From: Asterias rubens
Lineage: Eukaryota
Direction: 5' to 3'
DNA length: 64,000 bases
Assembly: GCF_902459465.1 (NCBI RefSeq)
Contig: NC_047072.1
Span: 8,060,001-8,124,000 of the forward strand
The translations under genes were made by a program, and so were the position numbers. The notes below the pieces were generated by a model, which saw only the letters and a program-made list of their open reading frames with translations, did no database searches and had not been told where the DNA came from. This document shows, piece by piece, positions 23,186-32,939 of this stretch (positions are counted from its first letter, which is position 1; each line of letters begins with the position of its first letter).

Positions 23186-23639
23186 CTGGTCTTTGGTGGC
23201 TACCCATTTATTTGCTCTGCAAACATTGTTCAACACTGCTTTATGATTTGATAGTGTTTCAATGATATTTTGACAAAGCTTCCTCGTACGCCCCCCCCCC
23301 CCATTTCTTGCATATCATCAACATAAATGAAATATTAAAAAAAAGGAGAGCATAAGAATCATTAAGAAGATGAAACACACTTGTAGACCAGTGTAAGAAA
23401 TTCTACTACAAATTCTAGTTGGAGAGTTTTATTTTCTTCATATCAAAACAATGTTGTTTACTTTTTGTTTGTATCAATACATGTTGTTTTTAATTTGACA
23501 TAAACCCTGGCCACATTTTTGTCTTCCTGGTTGTGACTTTCAACCAAAAGTCCCAGCTCTTGTTCAGGAAGTTAAAAAGGAAAATGTTCCTGATGCATCA
23601 ACATCATAGCTACACGGTTCTCTTGACTATAATTGTCTG

Positions 23640-24271
23640 CGTATAAACCTCATACACTCACAGAGTCCCATGATCGCTGCTATTATTTATTGCCAAGTCT
23701 CCGAGCGTCAAGTCGCGTTCAACAAACACAAGAGGAATTCAGTAAGCCTAGCCTCTCACTTCCCGCTAGCAAACTTTTGTATTGGGTTTAACATGCTCGT
23801 ATTGTTTTACGGTGCGTTTTTCGCCACATTTGTGTTCACCCTGGAGCGTTGTAGGCCTGGCTGGGAAGAGCTCTAGTTCAACTTCTGGTGTGAGTTTACA
23901 ACGTACATGTAGCTCTCTGTTTTGTTCTGACTGGAAGATTCTATGCAACTTTCTTGAACTCAATTTACAAGTTTACTCCAGATGTGTTGTAAGACGATTA
24001 TTTATGGACAAGTCGATTGTGAAACAACTGAGGAGTGGAGAAGGAAATGATGTTTGATGTCTGAGTTCTTGGAATAAACTTAGCTGGTATTGTTTGACAT
24101 CTCTTCTTATCGTCGAACTGCTTCAGTCCGAGGCAGGCTTCGTTTGTACCTGAACAAAAAGACGACCTGAATTACAGAAAATAAAACTTTGTTGGACGGG
24201 TTGACTTTAATCTGCGCGAGGAGAAATTCAATGTTCTTCTGGCGTGATTGAAAATAAAAAAGGACGTCAAA
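23640..24271 (+). other. Probable long 5'UTR/leader of the gene starting at 24272
   Basis: Repeat-free stretch directly upstream of the ATG with an in-frame stop before it. The transcript start is not locatable from sequence alone. Confidence 0.35.
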
Positions 24272-24430
24272 ATGAGTAAAGATTTCAAGTCGAAGTTCTC
24301 CAGCTTGAGAAGGAGCAGCAGCCAGGTACAGGCAAATGAAGAGCGTAGAAGAAAGAGCGTATCGATTGATTTAGTTGGACCAGTGCACCCGGGGCCCTAC
24401 TTTAATTTGACCAGGATGCACAAGATACAG
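24272..24430 (+). CDS. Probable first coding exon of an unidentified gene (53 aa, MSKDFKSKFSSLRRSSSQVQANEERRRKSVSIDLVGPVHPGPYFNLTRMHKIQ)
   Basis: caaaATG start context with an upstream in-frame TGA, protein-like composition, and a canonical CAG|GTATGT phase-0 donor exactly where the ORF runs into a MITE. Confidence 0.65.
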
Positions 24431-24445
24431 GTATGTACGCCTTAC

Positions 24446-24827
24446 TTAAAGACACTGGACACTGTTGGTAATTACTCAAAATAGTTATCAGCATAAAACC
24501 TTACTTGGTAACGAGTAATGGGGAGAGGTTGATAGTATAAAACATTGTGAGAAATGGCTCCCTCTGAAGTGACTTAGTTTTCGAGAAAGAAGTAATTTTC
24601 CAAGAATTTGATTTTGAGACCTCAAGTTTAGAATTTGAGGTCTCGAAATCTGATGAAAGCACACAACTTCGTGTGACAAGGGTGTTTTTTATTTCATTCA
24701 TATCTCGCAACTTCGACGACTAATTGAGCTCAAATTTTCACAGGTTTGTTATTGTATGCATATGTTGAGATACACCAAGTGAGAAGACTGGTCTTTGACA
24801 ATTACCTATAGTGTCCACTGTCTTTAC
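24446..24827 (+). mobile_element. Family A MITE, full length
   Basis: ttaaagacactggacactgttggtaattactc ... ctatagtgtccactgtctttac. Confidence 0.93.
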
Positions 24828-24924
24828 AGGGGAAGGTAATAGGCCTATATTTGGTAACCACTTGTAAAATTACTGGCAATAAAAACTTACTTGGTCAGAA
24901 GTGCAGCAGCTCTCAATAGCAGTC

Positions 24925-25082
24925 CTGGAATTTCATTTTTGAACATGTTGAAAGGGCAACAAGGCCTTTTTCATTTTGCAAAGGGCACTTATATTGGAAA
25001 GTCAATGCATAACTTTTTTCCCCCAAGAACTGGGGGCATCGGAGGCACGGCCTTTGTGACCTGCGTCTAAATACAGACCTGG
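24925..25082 (-). mobile_element. Family E-related repeat inside a decayed family A variant
   Basis: cagtcctggaatttc...gcaaagggcactt...cagacctg matches 14372-14495. The flanks resemble the gggaaggta...tttggtaa left end of the A variant. Confidence 0.55.
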
Positions 25083-25769
25083 AAAATTGTCAAGTATTTT
25101 GAGAAACATGCCCCAAAATGTGGTTCTAAAAGTCGTTACTGTCAGATCTGAGAAGCGTTACGGTAGTACAACAACTCAACGTATTGATCAGAGAATATCA
25201 GAGAGTTAGTAGAAGACTTTTTAATGGCATGGTTTCTTTACTTTAATTCGTAATCAAAGAGTTTTTCGCTTTTTAGTTTTTCTCATGTCACAAACAATGC
25301 GAGCTAAATCTTTCAACACCAAAGTGAAACCATTTAGTCAACCGACAACTTTGGCTTTCAATACCCTCAATAACATTCCTGGGAATTTTTTATGAAGTTG
25401 GGAAATTTTGTTAGGTTTAACCCAATGGATCAAGCTATCATTTTGTAACAACAGATGAAAATATTTATAGTTTCCCTTATATTTTTCTTTCTTCATTTAA
25501 GCAGTTTTGCCAACCTATCGCTTTCCTTTGTCTTAAATGTTTAAAACATGATTGGCTTCTAGAAAAAAAGAGCTTATTACATAAAAAGGCTGTAAAAGGA
25601 CAGGTTGTGAAAGGAAGTAAAAGAACCTTAAACCTCAATCTTTCTGGTTCATAAACAAGCACCCTTGTCTATAGGATTCCTCAGACTTGCGAGCTTTACA
25701 GTGGTTACAGATAGCTTTTTGCAGCATCCTTGGTTTCACTACCAGCAATTAATAAGCCTTACCAAACTT

Positions 25770-26156
25770 TTACAGACACTGGACACTGTTGGTAATTGTC
25801 AAAGACCAGTCTTCTCACTTTGTGTATCTCAACATATGCATAAAATAATGAACCTTTGAAAACTTGAACTCAATTGGTCTTTGAAGTTGCGAGATATTAA
25901 TGAAAGAAAAAACACCCTTGTCACACGACGTTGTGTGCCTTTAGACGGTTGATTTTGAGACCTCAAGTTCTAAATCTGAGGTCTCGAAATCAAATCCGTG
26001 GAAAATTACTTCTTTCCCCAAAAATATGGCACTTAAGAGGGAGCCGTTTCTCACAATGTTTTATACTATCAACCTCTCCCCATTACTCGTCACCAAGTCA
26101 GGTTTTATGCTAATAAATATTTTTGAGTTATTACCAATAGTGTCCACTGCCTTTAA
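25770..26156 (-). mobile_element. Family A MITE, full length
   Basis: Both TIRs and the internal hairpin are present; right end gtccactgcctttaa. Confidence 0.93.
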
Positions 26157-26659
26157 CTCTGTTACAGTTAGGTTGTTACAGCTACGCCTTATTTCCAAAT
26201 TCTAGCAGAAACCGTGTGTACATTATGAAGTTCTTAGCAACATATCTAATGTCTATAAATCTAACTGGCTCCCTGCACAGCCAACCATCGCACCATAATC
26301 AGATCTGTTTATTTTGTATAACCATACCCCCTCCCCCCCATTCGTCTTAAAGTGCTGAGAAGAAAAGAAAGAAAGAGAAAGAATTGCAATCGGCAACCCT
26401 GGGGAGGGTACGATTAATCATTTATCCCCTGTGAACATTCAACGGCCTAATTGGACAAATTAGCCCTAAGTGTGCCCAGTGCCTGTACGTCAATTAGATT
26501 GGGTGAGCCAGTTTATGGACGATCCTTTGCCAGGGGGACCAGTGACTTGTCTTGGCTCTTTTTGTAGTAGTAGCTTCTAAACAGAGATTTATTATTGTTT
26601 TGTTTTGCGTGTTCTCTTTTTCATCTATGTGAACGTTGTTGATATGGGATTGTGAGGTA

Positions 26660-27195
26660 TCAATATTTGGTTTGTAGTAACACCATTTTTCATTTCATTT
26701 CATTTCATTTTATTTGCCAGCAAACATGAAAAAACACACACATGTATTACAAAATTGCACATCAAAGATTTACAAGAAAAAGCAATACAATGGTTATAAA
26801 AAGATAAAGAAAAAATATATATAATATTTAAAAACACTAGCAAAAAACTGAGAAACCTGGCCTGGCCGCGGGCAGATATAAGGATTGTGTAGGAAACACC
26901 TCCAGTTGGGGTGGAACACAAAACACTACAGACAAAACAAAAAGCAAGAACCCTGGCAGGGAAAGCCAATAGCGACAAAAAGTCACTTTCAAAGTTTTTC
27001 ACCATGTGTATATCTACATGTACTTGCCAGGTAGAGTTTTGTTTTTAGAGAACTGTCTTGCTATATACATGTATTCTGCTACCCTGGAGTAGATTTTGGG
27101 GATTTTCCGGAAGTCTTCTCAGTTCTGACAAGAACTGACTTGCTTTTTTAACTTCTACTGTACCTGGGGAGAAGGTAGAAAATCGGCTAGGACTA
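26660..27195 (-). mobile_element. Family H repeat interrupted by a LINE 3' fragment
   Basis: tggtttgtagtaacaccat | insert | caccatgtgtatatc...aagaactgacttgcttttt...aggtagaaaatcggct. Confidence 0.72.
26687..26999 (-). mobile_element. LINE-like 3'UTR fragment with (AATGA)n tail, probably L2/CR1 group
   Basis: Minus strand ends aataaaatgaaatgaaatgaaatg and the insert is flanked by duplicated caccat (26681-26686, 27000-27005). Clade assignment is inference. Confidence 0.6.
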
Positions 27196-27254
27196 CCCTT
27201 TTGGCTGTAGGTTTTGAACTAAAAAATATAGGATTGGAACTGCCAATAGCTACC

Positions 27255-27420
27255 GGGCAATCTCGGTGGTCTAGTTGGTAAGACACTGCTCTAGAATTAC
27301 AAAGGTCGTGGGTTCATATCCCACCCGAGTATTACCGGCGGTATGCCTGTGATGTTTTTTCACAGAAATCTGGAAAGTACTTTTCACAGAAATGTGTACA
27401 GTCCTACACATATCGGTGTG
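27255..27420 (+). mobile_element. tRNA-derived SINE (family L)
   Basis: A-box tggtctagttgg and B-box-like ggttcatatccc. The body matches 2040-2135. Confidence 0.75.
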
Positions 27421-28733
27421 AGAGTAGAACCAAATATGTTATTTTGATGGTTATCATATATTGTGAATTTATCGACAATTCGCACACTTCGCTTGACTCT
27501 TCGCTTTAATGGATGGCACTGATCCGTGTCATTGAGTGAAAGTGCTTGGAAATCGCTTCAGAATTTTTGTCAAAATATGGAGACACTTTTTTCCTCGCAA
27601 GTTTTCTTCTTCCCCCCCACTCGAGTCAATGTATCGAGACGATGATACGCAATGTTGTTGTAGACAATTTGAATTGCAAAATGTCGCCCACATAATTTTG
27701 ATAACGGAGTGGTTTTTGTTTAGCCAGCGCTAAGATGACCCTAGCCTAACGCTGCTTGATCATAAAGAAAACCTGGTGCAGACGGTTGGTGAAGAGGTTA
27801 TGTGTTTAAAAGCTTTCTTCGTAATTGCTCTCTGAGCTACAAATCGGAGGGAACGAACTTGTGTAAAGGTTGGGGGCCTCTCCTGAGCATATTAGGAACA
27901 GTAATGGAGAAAAATCGTCGATAAACAATGAAACAGTATCTTCCCCGTATTGGGATACCACTGTATTTAAGGGCGGGAAAGACTTGTCCCCCCTACAAAA
28001 TGTTTCAAGTAAAAACCCTATTAAGACAGAAGGGAGGCATTTCCGGTAATAGCCATTTTTTTTCTCTCCCCCTACTGCAAAGCCGATGTTGCCTTAATCT
28101 AATAGAGACGCCGAGCGTTTGTTTTTGGCAAGCGGGGGCCTGTAACATTGCACCCCTCCGCACACAATTTATGCACTTAACTGCCGGTGTAAGGTTTAGA
28201 GGAAGTTCTTTAAACCGGTGGGCAGGAACATGCTCTAGAGAAATTGTGGGTCCGCGGAAAAAAAGGGGGAAAAAATATAAAAACATCGGAGGGAAGACGC
28301 AATCTGTATGATAGTTATTCCCTTTCCACCTCACGACTATCAGATGGCATTCTTTTGTCCGAATGTGACAGGAATGGAGCTCCATCGACCCCTGGATAGA
28401 AGAAAGTGGCAGTAATTTTCTGTCATACAACTGGAAAATTGCACACTTATGTGTAATATATCTTCCCGAACAGACCACTTTATGAAGATCGAAAGGGAGA
28501 GGTTTTTTCCCCTAAAATGCCCACTTTGGGTTGGAAAACGCTTTTCTCCTCATTTGTATCTCCCGTTTCATCGTTTAGGGAGTTGACTCTACCCTCCTTC
28601 CCTCCCTCACCACAAGAGGGTGTCGTGACATGTAGGGGGTTTGGGAATTGCAATCATCAAACAAAGTGTGAAGAAAGTCCAACTTCACTTGGGGTTGAAC
28701 AAAGGAAAATTAACTAGAGCAGGATTTGAATCA

Positions 28734-28966
28734 GTAGGATTTGAAACTTTGCATGGTGGAAATAAGATATAGAAGAGTTTGCGGTAACACCATGTAGTAA
28801 CAATCTCTAAATGAGTTGGGGTGGTTCTGAAAAGAATCGTTGGATTCTCCAGAAGACGATCAGAGCATACTGATCGAAACGTCGAGTTAATCCAACGGTT
28901 CTTTTCAGAACCACCCCAACTCATTTAGAGATTGTTATTACATGGTGTTACCGCAAACTCTTCTAT
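28734..28966 (+). mobile_element. Penelope-like (pLTR-type) foldback element, 233 bp
   Basis: Arms of about 80 bp form a near-perfect inverted repeat around a hammerhead motif. 13-bp TSD aggatttgaatca at 28721-28733 and 28967-28979. The fixed end is shared with 469 and 43474. Confidence 0.8.
28839..28896 (+). ncRNA. Type I hammerhead ribozyme motif (minimal PLE-type; U4>A substitution)
   Basis: ctc-CAGAAGA-c-GATCAG-agcata-CTGATC-GAAA-C-GTC-gag. Stem II is perfect, helix III is a palindromic ACGT, and stem I is ctc/gag plus gttggatt/aatccaac. The core has CAGAAGA instead of CUGANGA. Confidence 0.7.
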
Positions 28967-29209
28967 AGGATTTGAATCAACGACCTCTGGTCTAACGTGC
29001 CGGTGCTCTACCAACTGAGCTACATTTGTATCTATCCCTATGTTGGCAGTCTGCCTATTTTGTCGATATCTTTATGTCAGGTTGCTGGTCAGAAGCCATA
29101 GAAGTGAAGACTGCTGTGGATCACACCCAAGTTTGAAATAGTGATGCTTTCCAATACTGAATTAGTCAGCCGGGCCACTTGTTGTGAATATTTAGGGGTC
29201 CACATCCTG

Positions 29210-29457
29210 GGCCCAATTTCATGGCTCTGCTTACCGCCGAATTTTGCGCTTACGATCGCGATTCCCCGCTTACGTGCAAGCGCCGAATTTCTACGCTAGC
29301 CTTGTAAGCGTAGAAGGCCTAGTAACGTGGAGTACACAAGCGCAGAAGCCCAAATTCGGCACTAACCCGTGAAATACGCTTGCCGTAAGCACAGAATATT
29401 CCGCTTCCGTAAGGGCCGATTCTGTGCTTACGGTAAGCAGAGCCATGAAATTGGGCC
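29210..29457 (+). mobile_element. Family C MITE (PIF/Harbinger-type)
   Basis: 27-bp TIR ggcccaatttcatggctctgcttaccg / cggtaagcagagccatgaaattgggcc with ctg on both flanks. Second copy at 57424. Confidence 0.92.
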
Positions 29458-29536
29458 CTGGTGTTTTGACTGGCATTTGGCCATCAGACCAGTAGAGAGA
29501 GCGGCTGACGTTTCATAAAGATGAGCTTTATCTTTA

Positions 29537-29822
29537 TTAAAGCCATTGGAAACTTTCGGTAAAGAGTATTGTCCAAGGCCCACACTTCGTGTATCACAAC
29601 TTATATAAAATAACAAACCTGTGAAAATTTAGGCTCAATTGGCCATCAGAGTTGGGAGAAAATAACGGGGAAAACCCACCCTGCATGTGTCGCCGTGTCA
29701 CGACATGTGTTTAAAATAAATCCGTTGATAATTGTTTTAATGTTTTCTCAAAAAGTAAAGCATTTCATGAAATAATATTTCAATTTTTTTTTTTCTGTTC
29801 CGAAAGTGACCAATGGCTTTAA
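29537..29822 (-). mobile_element. Family K MITE (TTAA-flanked)
   Basis: ttaaagccattggaaactttcgg ... ccgaaagtgaccaatggctttaa. Reverse copy at 36996. Confidence 0.9.
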
Positions 29823-30316
29823 TAGTGTTGGGATAGATCTGTCCAGGGACTTTCCCAAGCAATTCCATTAGTTTATTTTATTCATCTCTGTTTCATTATG
29901 AGTGTTTGATCGACTTCAACTCAGTAGTCTGTTTTCCCTTCCTGTTTGTCTTGAATCCAATTGAGATTTAATTTCCTTATTGTTAAATATCGGCATGGAA
30001 ATAAATGCAAAATTCGTCTGCTTGAAGAAAAACATGTCGAAGTCATTTCTGTTTTTCTTATAAACACTGTGAATGTTGATTTACTGTTGGTTTTTATTTT
30101 CTTCCTGTCATCTTTAATGAGGGTCAACTTCGATCAGCGCCCAACACTGCTCTCCATGGAGGGCCTCAGTACAAAATTGTAAAAAAGATAATCAAATATT
30201 ACACCATCAAAAAGAAAAAGAAAAAAAGGAAAAACACCATGGTCTCCCACTGAAATAGCAAATCAAGAAATACTCTGCTAGGGTCCAAACGCCTGACCAT
30301 TAACTATTTTCTGCAT

Positions 30317-30703
30317 TTAAAGACACTGGACACTATTGGTAATTGTCAAAGACCAGTCTTCTCACGAGGTGTATCTCAACATAGCCATAAAATAACAAAC
30401 CTGTGAAAATTTGAGCTCAATTGGTTGTCGAAGTTGCGAGATAATAGTGAAAGAAAAAAACACCCTTGTCACGCAAAGTTGTGTGCTTTCGGATGCTTGA
30501 TTTCGAGACCTCAAATTCTAAATCTGAGGTCTCAAAATCAAATTCATGGAAAATTACTTCGTTCTTGAAAACTTCGCACTTCAGAGGGAGCCGTTTCTCA
30601 CAATGTTTTATACCATCAACCTCTCCCCATTACTCGTCACAAAGAAAGGTTTTTATGCTAATAATTATTTTGAGTAATTACCAATAGTGTCCACTGCCTT
30701 TAA
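30317..30703 (-). mobile_element. Family A MITE, full length
   Basis: TTAA-bounded, both TIRs, internal hairpin. Confidence 0.93.
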
Positions 30704-31652
30704 CTATTTTTTTTCATTTAAATGGAAAATGTTTACAAAGAATTGGGAGATTAAAAGTCATATATAAAAAAAGAAATCAAAAGGAAGCAGAATATGTCAA
30801 ACAAAAGGGTTCAATTTGAGCTTGAAATGCTCTCCTTTTTATGACAATTGGAAGATCTGTTGTTCATAGCGTCTCGAAAAGATTTTTGATGTTACCAGCA
30901 GCCGAGCCTGTTCAAACAAAATCCCACGCTGTAATAATTCTGTAAAATCCATACTGTGAGCAGGGGGCTTTTAAGCTTTATTACATCTCTTTCAAACAAG
31001 ACGGGAAAAAAAAAATCAATAAAAGTCAATCTGCGAAATGGCAGCACCGAATATATTTTTGTCTCTTTATCTCTTCCGCCGTCTTGACTGTGGCATGTTT
31101 TGTCAAGGCGTACAGTTTTCTCATTTGTGCGCGCATACATACTAGACGCTAATAGGCACATTGGATATAATCACATTGCCATATTGACATTGTTACAAGG
31201 ATGAATTAGCACGCATTACCGGGATTGAACAAATCGCGTTTCCTCAACCGTATTTCATTAAGTTTAAATTGTGGACAAACAAGTGCCGTAAAGGTCTCCC
31301 AGGTATCCAAAGACGTCCTTGACTCTGTGTGCGTGTGAAACAATTTCTCAGGAAATCAGACCCCTAATTTTCGTTGTGTTGAGGAGGTTTTTTGTTCTGT
31401 CTGTGCGATATTCTTTGAAAGACGTCATTGAGGGATTAAACGTGTTTTGCGTACGTGCAGTTTGCTTGTTTTTATTGACTGGAATCTTCTATTTTGATCT
31501 TCAGGTTTTATCCAAGAGGTTGAATTCTTTGGGGAGGAAATATTAATTATACAAATATTAGATGCATTTGAGTACAATGTTGTGCAATCTCAACTGTTCC
31601 ATTTCACTGAGCGAAGCTGAGTTACTTTCTTTCAAGGCCCAAATTCTGCATT

Positions 31653-32015
31653 TCTGGACACTATTGGTAACTACTCAATAAAAACTTACTTGGTAACAAG
31701 CAATCGAGAGCTGTTGATAATATAAAACATTGTGAGAAACGGCTCCCTCTGAAGTAATGTAGTTTTTGAGAAAAAAGTAATTTCTCACTAAAATATTTTA
31801 ATTGAATTTGAGACCTAAGCTGAGGTCTCGAATTCAAGCATCTGAAAGCACACAACTTCTGCAACAAGGGTGTTTTTTCTTCCATTTTCTCTCTCGCAAC
31901 TTTGATGGTCAATTGAGCTCAAATTTTTACAGGTTTGTCATTTTATGCATATGGTGAGATGCACCAAGTGAGAAGACTGGTCTTTGAAGATTACCAAAGG
32001 TGTCCAGTGCCTTTA
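31653..32015 (+). mobile_element. Family A MITE, diverged
   Basis: ctggacactattggtaactactc ... ttaccaaaggtgtccagtgccttta. Confidence 0.88.
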
Positions 32016-32182
32016 TATGGTCTGTATACATGTATGTTTCGTTTTATGAACCCTTTCAATGTTTCACTCCTATATAAATGTAGATACATACAACAAAACT
32101 AACCCACGAAAATGAGATATTGGCGAAAATCCTAAGTGAATACGTGTATGAGGAATACACATAATCTTAGAAGCGTTACCGG

Positions 32183-32370
32183 TAAAGGCCCGATCCCATT
32201 GTAGCGATAACGAGAACGATAACGGTAACGGCGCAAAGAGAACTCATTCCATTGGTTGAAAAAGCGTGTGCGTTTTTTTTCTGCGCGGAGCAATTCAACC
32301 AATATAATGCGTTCTCTTTGCGTCGTGATCGTTATCGTTTTAGTTATCGCCGCATTGGGACCGGGCCTAA
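32183..32370. mobile_element. Family J MITE
   Basis: TIRs taaaggcccgatcccattgtagcgataac / gttatcgccgcattgggaccgggcctaa. Shorter copy at 46659. Confidence 0.85.
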
Positions 32371-32550
32371 ACACTTCTTGTATTCAAATTTTTGGGGATA
32401 TGAAGTGATATCTTTTTCCATAACCGCGCAGTACTTCAAAGTGAAATGTTTTTCATAATGCTTTATACTATCCAAAGCTACTGTACTTCTAACCACGAAA
32501 GTTTTTATTTACATTAATTTTCAGAGTCATTACCACACGTATACATATCC

Positions 32551-32939
32551 TTCAAAGACACTGGACACTATTGGTAATTGTCAAAGACAAGTCTTCTCAC
32601 TTGGTGTATCTCATAACATATGCATAACCTAACAAACCTGTGAAAATTTGAGCTCAATTGACCATCGAAGTTGCGAGATAATAATGAAAGAAAAAACACC
32701 CTTGTCACACGAAGTTGTGTGCTTTCAGATGCTTGATTTCGAGACCTCAAATTCTAAACTTGAGGTCTCGAAATCAAATTCGTGGAATATTACTTCTTTC
32801 TTGGAAACTACGTCACTTCAGAGGGAGCCGTTTCTCACAGTGTTTTATACTATCAACCTCTCCCCATTACTCGTAATCAAGTATGGTTTTATGATAGTAA
32901 TTATTTTGAGTAATTACCAATAGTGTCCACTGCCTTTAA
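32551..32939 (-). mobile_element. Family A MITE, full length
   Basis: Both TIRs and hairpin present; right end ctgcctttaa. Confidence 0.93.

Larger units (their letters stand above)
28690..29135 (-). mobile_element. tRNA-module repeat interrupted in its B-box by the hammerhead element
   Basis: Removing 28734-28979 restores actagagcaggatttgaatcaacgacctctgg...gctctaccaactgagcta, matching 50742-50813 and its flanks. Confidence 0.85.
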
